In this document: positions 27,741 to 39,810 of the stretch, in pieces
Layout: each line of letters starts with the position of its first letter
How positions within the stretch are numbered: position 1 is the first letter of the stretch
Assembly: GCA_000165425.1 (NCBI GenBank)
Contig: CT868678.1
Location: 124,001-188,000 of the forward strand
Direction of reading: 5' to 3'
DNA length: 64,000 nt
DNA from: Paramecium tetraurelia
Taxonomy: Eukaryota
Made by a program: the position numbers and the translations under genes
The notes under the pieces: generated by a model
The model's input: only the letters and a program-made list of their open reading frames with translations
What the model was told of the DNA's origin: nothing
Databases searched by the model: none

Positions 27741-28565
27741 TAAATATGCATTATGCAATTTTTAAAAGGAAATAATACTAAAAAGTTCGATAACAGATGG
27801 AAAACGGATGCATATTGATAGGGATTTCAAATGAAAGCAAAAAATTAGAATATATTGGAACTCTTTAGAAATATGATAAAATTTATTTCAGTTTATTGGT
27901 AAAAAGAGAAAAAAGGCTCATTAAATTGTAATTTTGGCTTAAGCATAAAATTATTCCAAACCTAAAATCAATCTTCACATAAATAGATCAAATGTTAAAT
28001 CCTCTAATATGTTAAAATGTAATAAATCAGTTAAATACATTGTCAGAAATATACTAAGAAAATCAATTAAATACTAGAAAAATAGGTAAACGATAAATAG
28101 ATACCCCATAAATAATCTAAACATTGGATAGAAGAAGAAATAATTTTGTATTTAAATCTAATTAATCTAAAACTAATTTAAGATGCAACTAAGTGGAAAA
28201 TGAAAATTTTGGATTCACATCAAGATGACAACAATGGAATTTCAGATTCCTAAATTTATTTGAATAGGTTTAGAAGTGTTTCTACAATAACATCAAAATA
28301 AAATAACCATACTAATATCTTGAATGAAAATAAACATTAAAAGTGAGGCTATAAATTTAGATTCATTAAATTAATTTTTCTTTACATAGCTATAAGTAAG
28401 CAAGTAAAACAATGTCATATGATATTCAAGGAATATAAGCAATTAATAAGAAAAATATTTAAACTCAGTGATAACTTAGTAAAGAGATAATAAGAAAAAT
28501 CATAATAGTGATAATTTAAAATCTATTTTGGGTTTATTTATTATTTTATGATAATAATTAAGATA

Positions 28566-29726
28566 TCATTTGAGAATGATATTCATTTTCTGATTTTAGA
28601 ATTCATAATCTGAAAACACAGCTATAATTTTTAGTGCATCGGCATTAGAATACATAGTCAAATGAATATTATTTACTCCTAATTTAATTTCTATAAAATT
28701 AAAGAATATAGAGACCTTTAGCTTTTGCGAACATTTAGATTTGTTCAGAGATTTCAGAGGGATCTTAAACACATGTGATCAAGAGATTTGAGGAGAGTGG
28801 ACTAGTGTTGAATAATTGATTGTCATGATAATAGATCATATACTCGTCCTAAAAAGAAGTTGGTTAAAGTGATTAGAGAGGTTCAAAATAAATTCTTATC
28901 TAAAGTATTAGAGGATTATACACTTACTTATGAATCAAAAAATTAAATATTATTGAGATATTCTTTTGCAATAATTGCCTAATTTACTGATTAATATTTA
29001 ATAAAGGCTCTGGAAAATGATTTTTCATATAAGATTTCTTCTAAATTGCCAAACTTAGAAAAGACATTATAAATCATTTTCCCAGTGATTTTAGAATCAA
29101 AGTTTAAGATTCGTAATAATCTTGATTACCTCTGTTGAAGTAATTTTTATATGTCTGAATGAAATTCTGAGATATTCAAAGGGATTGCCTATTTCCAAAT
29201 CGTTAAATCATCTTCATCATCTGATTCTAACAGACGATTGATTTATTCGTTTCTAATAGGACTAGAATTAGCTCTTGGTGATTAAGTTTGACTAATATGA
29301 TTAGTTAAATCAAGCTAAATATTTTCGTCAGTTCTTGAGTTTAGTATAGAATCCGAATTCTAACTATTACTACTAGCTTATGTATAATCTGTTCCTCTTG
29401 AATTATCCACTATTTCGAGATTAAGATTTTTAAGCCGAGAAAAATGAATTATCATTCTAAAAACAATAAAAAGTGATTAATTACTTTCCTCCTTAAACAT
29501 TGCACCCATTCAATTACCTTCTAGCTTAAATAGCACTTTTCAGTTCATGAAATTCAACAAAGGCTTTGGTTGTTTTACCTCTTTCAAAAATAAGAATCTT
29601 ATTAATATCTCCATACTCATTGAATTTTTGATGTATGAAAGAATTGTTCAAAGGAAAAGAGGAAGGCAATGAATTCAGAATTAGAAGAAGAATTTGATTA
29701 GGAGGATCTCTTGAATTATTATACAT
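28566..29726 (-). CDS. PTB/hnRNP L-like multi-RRM RNA-binding protein
   Basis: FNEYGDINKILIFERGKTTKAFVEF..LNGCNVQGGKMIIHFSRLKNLNL..RGTDYT. Second RRM IYNVFSKFGNLEEIL..AFIKY. Degenerate third RRM. Confidence 0.8.
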
Positions 29727-29985
29727 AAAAATTAATTAAATAAAATTACACGGTCATTTAAGAATAAATCAAGTAATTTTTGGGTTCAAGTAGTGGTGTT
29801 TTAATGAGACATATTTAATTTTATTAAAATATTGCTCTCAATTTTAAGGGTTTACTAATTCTATTAGAACTCCTTAATGAATTATTATATAAAATCTAAG
29901 AGCAATTTTAGAATATTTAGAAATATTCATTATAATTTATATCTGACATTTGATGAGCTTTTATTATACAGAAGAATACATTTAA

Positions 29986-30631
29986 ATGATATATGATGAT
30001 AATGCACCAATCAGTACTAAAGAAAAAACTAATACAAACAAGAATCCAATATGCAAAGTGGAAACATAAGAACAAAAAGGAAACTATTCAATACCATATA
30101 GAGTTACTTGGATTGACAATTTGCATAGAAAAATTATTGTAACTGTTCGCGTAACCTCTGATATCACTGTTAGAGAATTTTTATAAATGGTTATTGGAGA
30201 ATTCAATTAAACTTTCAAGAGAGCAGAAATGGAATTATTTTTCTTTATAAACGATTTCAATATTTATGAGCTTTACGAAATGGATGAAGATGAAAGACCA
30301 GATGAAGAACTTCCGCGTACATTACAATCTAATTTTCTTAGCTTATGATGAACATTAAAAATTACGACAATTAGCGACAAAATGCTTTGCCTTGAAATAG
30401 ACTTAAATAATGTTGAACTCTTTAATGGTTTCATCTTTAAGTGACCCATTATCTTGCAAATCACCAATATCACCAAGAAGTGAGGAAGAAAAAATAAATC
30501 CATAATACAACAATATATAGAATACAGAAAATATTGATGAGAAAATAGATTGTTAAGAAAAGGATCCCTTAAAAAAATCCAAAGAAACAGATCAAAAACC
30601 TTGGTGGTGTTTATGTTGTTATGAAGAATGA
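29986..30631 (+). CDS. Stand-alone Sin1/Avo1 CRIM-like (ubiquitin-fold) domain protein with C-terminal Cys cluster
   Basis: VTVRVTSDITVREFLQMVIGEF..YELYEMDEDERPDEELPAYDEHQKLRQLATKCFAL matches the CRIM signature (LxxxxxDGExDxDFPxLD..FAL). One intron at ~30317-30341. Ends KPWWCLCCYEE*. Confidence 0.6.
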
Positions 30632-30668
30632 GATCCTACTAATGTGAGAAATTGTTTATAATACTACT

Positions 30669-33600
30669 TCAACGATTTTAGATAAATTTCTTTTTTGTAG
30701 AGTTGTACGTGCTATGAACGCTCTTAAATTTATTTTGTTGATCATTTAATTGGCTCAAAAGCTAATTACTTCTATTAAGAACAGTAATTTCCTTTTCGAA
30801 AATATCTTAAATAAGTAATTTTGATTCTGAATAATCACCAATTTAGGTTTCTATTAGAAATAAATAAATTATAAACTTGCTCTTTGATTTGATTTATACT
30901 ATTTTTGTTTTTTCTTAATTTCACTATTGGTTTTATCATCTTATGACTACATTCTTCTTGAGTTTATTTATAAAATGCCCTAGCTTTCATCATCCATCAT
31001 TTTAAATCTAAAAACATTTTTTTAAGTACTAAATATATTTTAAAGCCTTACGAATATATGCTTTTATCGTCAAAACTTGTATTCAAAGTTCCAAGTTTGG
31101 CATGTTTCATCCTTTCTTTTCTTTGAATTTAAAAGTTCATGCTATAGGCATCTTTTGTTGAAAATCCAAATTTTGGGTTATCTTTTGATATTTTTGATTT
31201 TTATAATCTTTATTTGATTCTCTCTTATGCTTCTTGAGATAAAAATCCATGTGTGATCATTTATGAAGCGCTTTCATCTTTTGATTTAAAGATATTATTC
31301 AGTTTTTTATAATTCTCAAGTTCTAATTGAAGGTATTTGACTACTTCATTAGTTTTAATCAATTCAGATTTATAATTATCCAAAATAAATTCCTTTTTTT
31401 AAATCTATTCAAGCATTTATTAATTATCCAATTTTGTTTTTTCTATTGTAGCCTTCTCTTCCAAATATTTAATTTTTTCTTATTAGATTTTCTATTCATC
31501 TAAGGTGTGTTGATTTTATAAGTTTTATAATTCCAATTGAAACTATTCTCTTTAACTTTGATTGATTTATAATAATCTAGATTGTTCTTATTCAGCTATC
31601 AATTTATTTTCTTGTATTTTATTTTCAATATCCTTAAGAGCTTAATCCTTTTTATTTAGAATATCTTCATATTTCTAATGAATATTCTCTTAATTTATTT
31701 CAAAAAGATTAATGGTTTCTTCTAATTCCTTAATTTTCTCATTGTTTTAATCAATTATTTCTTTCAATTTTTTAATTGTTAAGTTCTTTGAATCCAATTC
31801 TTCATTATGTAATAAATTCATTTCATTTTCAAATTATTTTAATTGGGAATCAAAATTAATTTTCTATGATTTTAATTAATTTTATAGATCCTGAATGTCT
31901 TGATTTTTTTATTCTAACTTCAAATCACACATTGATTAGGTGCTCTAAATTTTATTTTATAATTATGAGACAAGTAATTCTAACTTAAAATTAAAATAGT
32001 CACTATCACTTAATTCGCTCTCATATTAAGTTTCAGCATGATTAAATTAATATTACTAGACAAATTATTATCTAGTTTTTCGAATAGATGAGATCCTACC
32101 TCTTGAAGATGGAGTTTGATTAGAAATTTATTCTTCAGTTTGTGTAGCAACTTAAACAAATTTCAAATTTTATTCAGCACGTTAAGATAATGTGGCTGAT
32201 GAAAAATGCTCATATTATATTTCTTGAATTGAACCCAACTTTTTTATTTAAATAGTTTAATTGAGTTCTTCAGGATTTGAATTTCTTTATAAACTGAATT
32301 AATCATTTGAGGTTCTCGTATTTTTTTCTAAATTTATCATTTGGTCCTATCTTTATTCAAATTAGTTATTATTTTCGAGCTTTTAAGAATCAGACATTTT
32401 CGAATTATCTTTAGATGACTTTTTAACAGCAATTGCAGCTTTTTACCAAAGCTAATGTGATTAAGGTCTTGATTCTAAAACTGGAGTTTGAGATTTAGAT
32501 TATTGTTTTTATGGAGAATGCGAATAAATTTAGGTACCTGTCACACTCTTTTTCTTTGGATTTGTAGATTACTTGAGAGCACTTATTGCAGATCTAGTAG
32601 GTAAAAATTGAAATATACTTTTATTGATTTATTTCATTTTAGGCTTAAATGCCTAATTCTTCTTGAATTATCAATTTTTCTTCAAGAATTGAAATCACAC
32701 TTTTTAAATCTTTATTTTGAAGTTCTAATTTATACTTTTGATCAATCAGTACTTCTTATTGTAGTAGCCATAACTTTTGTTTATCCATCTNNNNNNNNNN
32801 NNNNNNNNNNNNNNNNNNNNNNNNNNNNNNNNNNNNNNNNNNNNNNNNNNNNNNNNNNNNNNNNNNNNNNNNNNNNNNNNNNNNNNNNNNNNNNNNNNNN
32901 NNNNNNNNNNNNNNNNNNNNNNNNNNNNNNNNNNNNNNNNNNNNNNNNNNNNNNNNNNNNNNNNNNNNNNNNNNNNNNNNNNNNNNNNNATCCATTAATT
33001 ATGTATTTAGATATTTTAAATCAGATGTTTCTTATTTTGTTACTTTGATTTGATTTTCAAATTTAACTTTCTAGGTAGCCAATTTGTATTCATATTCATC
33101 TATAGCATCCTATTTTACTTATTTCAATTTCCCACTAAATTATTCTAATTATTTCAAATAAACTCTCCTTTCTTAATCATATTTATCTGCCTCTTCTTAC
33201 TTTGCTATTTTAAGATAGTTCAATTAATGTGTCAATGTTTTGACCTCCTCTTCCAATTAGAATCGGTATTTTATTCTCAATTTATTCTCTACTTCAGATT
33301 ATCTTACTAATGCAGATTGAAGATCCTCATTTTTCATTAACTTCATAAGTGATGCAAATTTACAAGTATATCGATTTAAGCTTTAAGGTTCTCAATAATT
33401 TGTTTATGAGTTTATTGAGATATTGTGTTTTAGTCAATAAGGAGTTATTTTTCATTTAGGAACCGTTCAGTTTCCTTTTGTAAATCTGATCTAACTTCCT
33501 TGAGACATTATTCATTAGACTGCTAAACTTCTATTTAAGTAACAATTTGTGATCGAAGCCTTTTAATCTCATCTAAATATTTGTATTATTTGTACCTCCA

Positions 33601-33900
33601 ATTAAATCGCAAATCTATTATAAGTCCCCCACTGCCTTAACAAGAATGAGATCCTCTCCATTAGGTCCAACGTCTGATAAATATTTACAAAGGTGCATTT
33701 TCCTTTCCTCTATATAAACATTAAGTTCAATGAGGTTTTGTTTTAATTGAGTATTCTCAGCAAATAATGGCTTTATATATAATTAATCGAGTTACTTTTA
33801 ATTAGGCATAGAATTAATGAGCATTTATTTCAAGAATTTTGAGGCGATGATTTTAATCTTCATTGTCGTCACGAATTCTTGAGGTTGTTGAATTTATCAT
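30669..33900 (-). CDS. Large coiled-coil hypothetical protein spanning the assembly gap
   Basis: MINSTTSRIRDDNEDQNHRLKILE..., several short introns, long Q/E/K-rich helices, ends STKKKFIQNR*. Confidence 0.65.
32791..32989. other. Assembly gap (199 N)
   Basis: Run of N characters. Confidence 1.
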
Positions 33901-33934
33901 ATAATAATAATAATAATAATAATAATATTAATAT

Positions 33935-33965
<31 letters not shown>
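33899..33965. repeat. (AAT)n microsatellite, interrupted once
   Basis: ataataataataat...attaatattataataataat..., directly abutting the minus-strand ATG at 33900. Confidence 0.9.
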
Positions 33966-33967
<2 letters not shown>

Positions 33968-34499
33968 GACAATATATCTCCAAATAGAATAGTTTCAATA
34001 TTAATTCATCAAAGACAAAAAAATTTTTAGCCCTTAGATAAGACATTAATCTTTTTGAAAATAATTTAGCTAATAATTTTCTGACTATTAATATTGATTC
34101 TGGATTGGTGGTAAACTTGAAATTTCGTAATTAAAACTTTCTATCTCTCAACACTCCGAAAATTTATTTCTAGCAAAGGTAATTCATTTTAAGAATTAAA
34201 ATCTATATTATAGAATTTATTTTGAACTATCTTTAATCAAAAATATTTTTACACGCAGATGATATCATCATTCGACATTTTAATTATATGTGCTCTATTA
34301 TGAAAACTTTCTAAAAATGAATATATATAAACTGGGTTTTTTTGAATGTAATACCTATCCAACTTGATTTCTTATAAATTTACTTAATTCTCTTGCTGTT
34401 GACTAAATTAATAGAGTTATTATCTAAGAAATATTATTGTTTCTCTTTATTTCATTTTATTTTAAGGATTACTTCCTTTAAAATACAAATAAATGATAT

Positions 34500-35463
34500 T
34501 AAAAGAAATCATAATTAGAGTAGTGCAAATACAGATGGTCTCTTTATTGATGACGAATTTTCTTGGAAAGTAGCTTTATTAAATTATCTGCAAGGATCTT
34601 GAATTTTTTATATAATATTAAGTGAATCTTATAATTAATGCCTTGTATATTTGAAAGCATATGAGATAATATCTAAAATTCAACTGGTAAGAAATTAGCA
34701 AATATTATGGCATTACGTCCTAAAGAAAATATACTTCTGAAACCACATGTTAAAGAAATTTAAAAGGCTCAAAAATAATTCTCTTAATTTAACATTACTT
34801 ATCGATTCTATAAAATAAGCAAGTTTTATTTATCGTTGTTTATGAAATATATCATTTTATAGAATAAGAATAGTGAGTAAGTGTTAGTGCATTCAGTTAA
34901 AGGTCTATCAAGGTGTATTAGCTCCATTTTTTATGAGAAAATATAAATGGATATTTACAAGACTCCAGATATCTTAAATATTAGAAGACTTGATTTAGAG
35001 GATACAGGCTGGTTTTTATCATCAATTAACAGAATTGGAATCTAAATTGAGTCAAGAAGAATAAGGAAGGAGAGATTATCCGGTTCTTGATAAACTCAAG
35101 AAGAACTTGATCTCCCTTTTGAAGATGATGAAAAGTTACTTCGGAATACTTTTTAGAATTCTTAAGTAAGAATTGCTGAACCTTGTTGGTTAGATAGTAG
35201 GATATTTAATTAATATTTAAATGAAAATAGGTCCAGAACCCTAATATGGGCAAACGAAACGCTAGTGAAAAATCTCAAAAGAAGATGAAATAGTATACTT
35301 TTAAACCAACAATTAAATTAAATAACTATAACATTGTAAATGGAAATGTTTACAAAGTAATAATTATGTAACTTTAAAAGAAGAACCTAATTTTCAGATA
35401 TTGCCATTCCAAAAGCAAATTATACAATTGCAACAAGAATAAATAAGGAAGGGAGATAGTGAA
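34500..35463 (+). pseudogene. Decayed dual-specificity phosphatase-like gene
   Basis: Fragments in shifting frames: DGLFIDDEF..QDLEFF, VLVHSVKGLSRC, LAPFFMRKYKW, YKT..LNIRRLDLE, IQAGFYHQLTELE, EKLLRNTFQNSQ. Confidence 0.7.
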
Positions 35464-35525
35464 TAAAAAAGGATTAAAGCATTATTTAATAAATAATAAA
35501 TAGTAAACCAGTTAGGAAATGAATA

Positions 35526-36451
35526 TCATTAATTATCACAATTTACTACATCTATCAATACCCTTTCCACATATTATTTCCTTCTACATCCTAAATACTC
35601 AAAATTAAATTCGATTTCAACATGGTAGCACATCATAATCTTTCGAGAGAAGATTGCAGTAGGACAATTGCTGGGAATTATAAGATTTATTTAGAAACTT
35701 TTTTAGATTCCAAATGGCACTTTTATTCTTTCTTCTGGACATGATAAAATCCTTCTCTATAATATTTTCCAATAATCTTGGCGCTCTAAGATCTCTAAAA
35801 CCAATTAAGCCTTTATGCTTTCAATATTAATTGTAGTGCGCCTATTGTCGACTCCCAACCAAAATGATAGCGTTTCATTTGATCTAAAATTTTTATTTTC
35901 AAAGTCATACCAAAACTCAATTTACTATTAATTATTTTATATATTTATAGTACTTATGCATCGCCTAAAAACCATTATCTTGTAACATATGAAAGCTGTT
36001 TTATTATATTTTCTATTTTGTTTTGATAAGTTCTCTTAATGAATATTCGTTCCTCACATTATTTCCTTTACTTATCCTTTACATTATGATCCTAAAAATT
36101 TAGATAACTTCTTATAAAATATTTGATGTATATCTATTCATCTTGATTCCATGTATTCAATTCCATACTCTATAATTATGGACTCAAAATAGAAAAGTAT
36201 TTCTAGAAATCCCCAATTTCATTTGGATAACTCAACATTATAGTGTTTTCAAACACCTCTTCCTAATACAGCATCTTCTTCTTGACATATCTCTCAGCCA
36301 CGCATATGAGTTTAACATAAACTTTAATTTCAGAATCCTATACAGAATAGGAGACACTTCCTTTTATTTGCTCGCCACAAAAATAGTTCTTTTTTTCTAA
36401 CATCATTACAATATTGCCTTTAACCTCTTTCTTTGATCCTTATGATCCCAT
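35526..36451 (-). CDS. Arrestin-fold (alpha-arrestin-like) protein
   Basis: MGSQGSKK..LEKKNYFCGEQIKGSV, YIKYFIRSYL, FRSNETLSFWLGVDNRRT, LIIPSNCPT..CYHVEIEF. One intron. Confidence 0.7.
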
Positions 36452-37260
36452 TTTTATAATATTCTTGATATATATTTAAATAATTTTTTAAGCAAATACC
36501 AAATGATCTCTTATTTTAAAATAACATAAATTAAACTAGAAAATTAAATGCTTAAGATGAGAGCTTAATAAATAAGATCTAGAAAAGAATTCTTCATATA
36601 TTTTATTATTCCAAGTAATCAGTATATGAAATATTTCTAAATGTTATAAAATAAATGTTATTTTTAATTAATACATAAATGAAATATGATTTGCCTCCAT
36701 TTGGTATTTTCAACATCTCTTTTAAAATCTACAAGAATAACACTAATCTAATTTCGGAAACAAAACATATCCTAACAATTAATAGTGAAGATATATAAGC
36801 TGTTTTATCCTGAAAAATGATCATTTCAATCTTAAAGTATACACTCCATAATTTTAATTTTTTATAGTATTTGATATCCCCTTAACAACAAATGAGATTT
36901 TTATTGATTCTGCAAAATACAGAGTTTTAAAATAAGGTTTATTTTGTTTCTCATCATTAATATGAATACAATCCTGACAGTATTACTAAATAAGCAAGAT
37001 AAAAATTGATGAATTGCAAATGAAAAGAATTAAAATTTATATAAAATACATATATATGTTTTTTATTTCATAATATGTAAATGGTATATAAAATTATTGA
37101 TTGTAAATACAAGTTAAATTCATTAATTACAAGTCAAATCCATTAAATTAACAGTAACTTTATTGTTTCAAATAATAATATGCTTTTAGAAATAAGTAAA
37201 ATATAAAATATGTAAGATCTTTAAAAATTTATAAATAAGATTTAAATTAATTTCTAGTAT

Positions 37261-38911
37261 TCATTTTTAAGAAATCTTATTCTTGGATATGATTTTTTAA
37301 GCAAATAATTATTAAACTGAGAGCTATGTTTTTTTTAAAGAAGTTTTACTTTTTGAAGTGCCACTGTTGTTTACTCTTAAGGTTTCAACATTGGATTAAG
37401 TCTTTTTCTTGGTATTAACTTTTGGACTTTCGAGCATAGCTTTATATTGTTAAAATGAAGATTTGATATTGAGATTATTCATGTTTAACTAATTAATGTT
37501 AATATTGATGTTTGCTGATAAAGGAATTGATGATTACGAAGTATAAGCTTTAAACAATTTATCTGTTGATTTCGTATGGCTCAAAGGTGGTTTAAAGTCT
37601 ATTCCTATATTATTTTGTATGTTATTTGAAGCCTATTTAGTCTATTTATTTGGAGAATTGATTTCTGTATAATGAGTTTATGTTTAACTTTTTTTGTGTT
37701 TAGATTACTAGTTTATATTATTAGAAAGGTTAGGTTTTAGGATTTATTAGGATTAAATTAATTTTAACTATTCAGACGAGATGCTTCTTGTGCTCATGAT
37801 CTGATGAATACTATTTTATTGTGATTGATAATTAGGTATAAATATAGGTTTGGCTTGTTACTTCACATTATGATGATGACAAGGATTGGAATGATTGATT
37901 GCAAGCATTTGCTATTTCAAGAACTTCTTAAATTCACCATCTCCATTGCTATTATTTATTTGTTTGTTAGAGGATAGTAATGACTTTTAGGAAGTGTCTT
38001 TTGAGAGTGTTTTGAAATGTAATTTTTAAGAAGGGGAATTCTAAACAGTTCTTTTACTAAATCCAGGATCATTTGTATGTAATTTATCCTTGTAAAATTA
38101 AGTATTTTTGGATATCAATTATTTGAGTAATTTTAGATTAGATGGCTATTATGAAGTTTTAAGTTGTTGATTATTTACCATAGTCATCCAAGTGGCATCA
38201 ATGTTCTAATAATTGGATGATCAAATACCACAATCTCTTCATTTCCCTTTGATTTCAACATATCTCTTAATAAGGAAAGACTGGATACTTGGGTTTGTAA
38301 AGTAATACTGTTGAGCACCTTAATATCTTCCTATAATTTCTCATATTCTATGGATCTTATGAATGAATACCAGTGCAATTGCTATCCTCTTCAATTGGAA
38401 TACCTAACATTAATTTAATTTTCCTATACTCCAGTTGTCTAAAATTAGATATAGAAGTACTTCTTTTTTTCATAAAAGTATATTGCTAAATCTGAGAGTT
38501 TTGGCGAAAACATTCTAGGAATATCCTTATGATATTTGTAATATTCTAAGAGTTGATCAAATTTACCTGATTGATCTCTATGTGGATAAAATCTATAAGA
38601 ATGAAAGTTTCATTAAAAAATACCTCTTCAAAAATTCATCTTGATCGCCATATGCCAATTTGTCTTTATATTAAATAATCCATTAAATTGGCTTAGTTGA
38701 AAAGAAATCCTCAAATTTTTTACCTCGCCATTGGGATGATGAATATTTTGTATAAAGTGCCTGTAAATGATTTTACTATTTTATATACTCTATTCAAAAG
38801 CGGGGCGAAATTAATCCTTATGATTGGTAATCTTCCATATTTCTAACAAAATAAACAATCTTCTTCTGATGCAGATTTCTAAATTAATATAAGACCATCA
38901 TTTGCTTTCAT
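37261..38911 (-). CDS. Ciliate-type conserved hypothetical protein
   Basis: DEFLKRFYPHRDQSGKFDQLLEYYKYHKDIPRMF core, multiple short introns, low-complexity C-terminal half. Both ends approximate. Confidence 0.6.
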
Positions 38912-38951
38912 AACTGAATATAAATTATATATTTTATATTTTATCAATTTC

Positions 38952-39780
38952 TCACATATTCGTATAAGTAGGAATTGCTGCTTTGATTACTTTTAATGTG
39001 TCTGGTCCCTTTATATAATGATACAATATAATTACTCCGTTATCTTGTATTTGTCTTAGAACATCTTATATTATTTCCTTCTGATTCTTTTTATCCATTC
39101 TTTTGCTCAATGGCACTAGGAGATTCTTAAGGTGACTATTGAGATGAGAACCTATTGTATTGGAGAGTAATCTGAATTCAGTCATAATAAATGTTACTTT
39201 AAAATTTCCAAAGAGGACATAAAGACTTTGTCGTTTTAACTAGATAAGGCAGTTCTTAAAGGCCAAACCAATTTTGCTAGAATAGGTATGACCTTCTCTT
39301 GCGCATTCTAAAAGATTATAAAATTTAAATTTAAAACTTATTCATTGAGCATATCTTTTATTGCATTAGTTGCAATGAAGCAATAAGGATGGGCTTCTTC
39401 AACCAAACCTTCGAAGCATGTAACCATTAATGGGTCATAAGGCAAGTGCCCAATTTCAACTCCTTAATTCCATTATAATTTCATTGTATTGCAGCCATGA
39501 TTCACTCTACAAGGAATTCCGCCGGCATTGTAGACATAAGCAAATGAATTTCTTTATTATTTATTTATAACTACGTTTTCTATTTTGATTTATCAGAAAA
39601 AGGATCAACTGTCTTAATATTAGTCAGCTTTTAACTTGGCAATTAAGTAAATCCCTGTTTAGGTTACTGTTGAATTTGCTGCTGTTATTATTATTGTTAT
39701 GGCTTCTATTATTATTGCTTTCCAAGAGATCTTGTTCTGTTTAAAACTGCTGGAGGCTGAGTTTTCTTTTATTATTACAT
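38952..39780 (-). CDS. PACRGL: PACRG-like protein
   Basis: FAYVYNAGGIPCRVNHG..LQW..LPYDPLMVTCFEGLVEEAHPYCFIA..LVWPLRTAL..GSHLNSHLKNLL..NGGPDTLKVIKAAIPTY. N-terminal poly-Q encoded by TAA/TAG/CAA/CAG. Four introns. Confidence 0.88.
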
Positions 39781-39810
39781 TATTATTAGTAATTAAATTA
39801 AAATATAACA

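Noticed and set aside
30580..30700. Possible antisense overlap between the CRIM-like gene and the coiled-coil gene
   Set aside because: Careful framing ends the minus gene at the TGA at 30669, downstream of the plus-strand stop at 30631.
32608..33048. ORFs spanning the N run
   Set aside because: Artefacts of the assembly gap.
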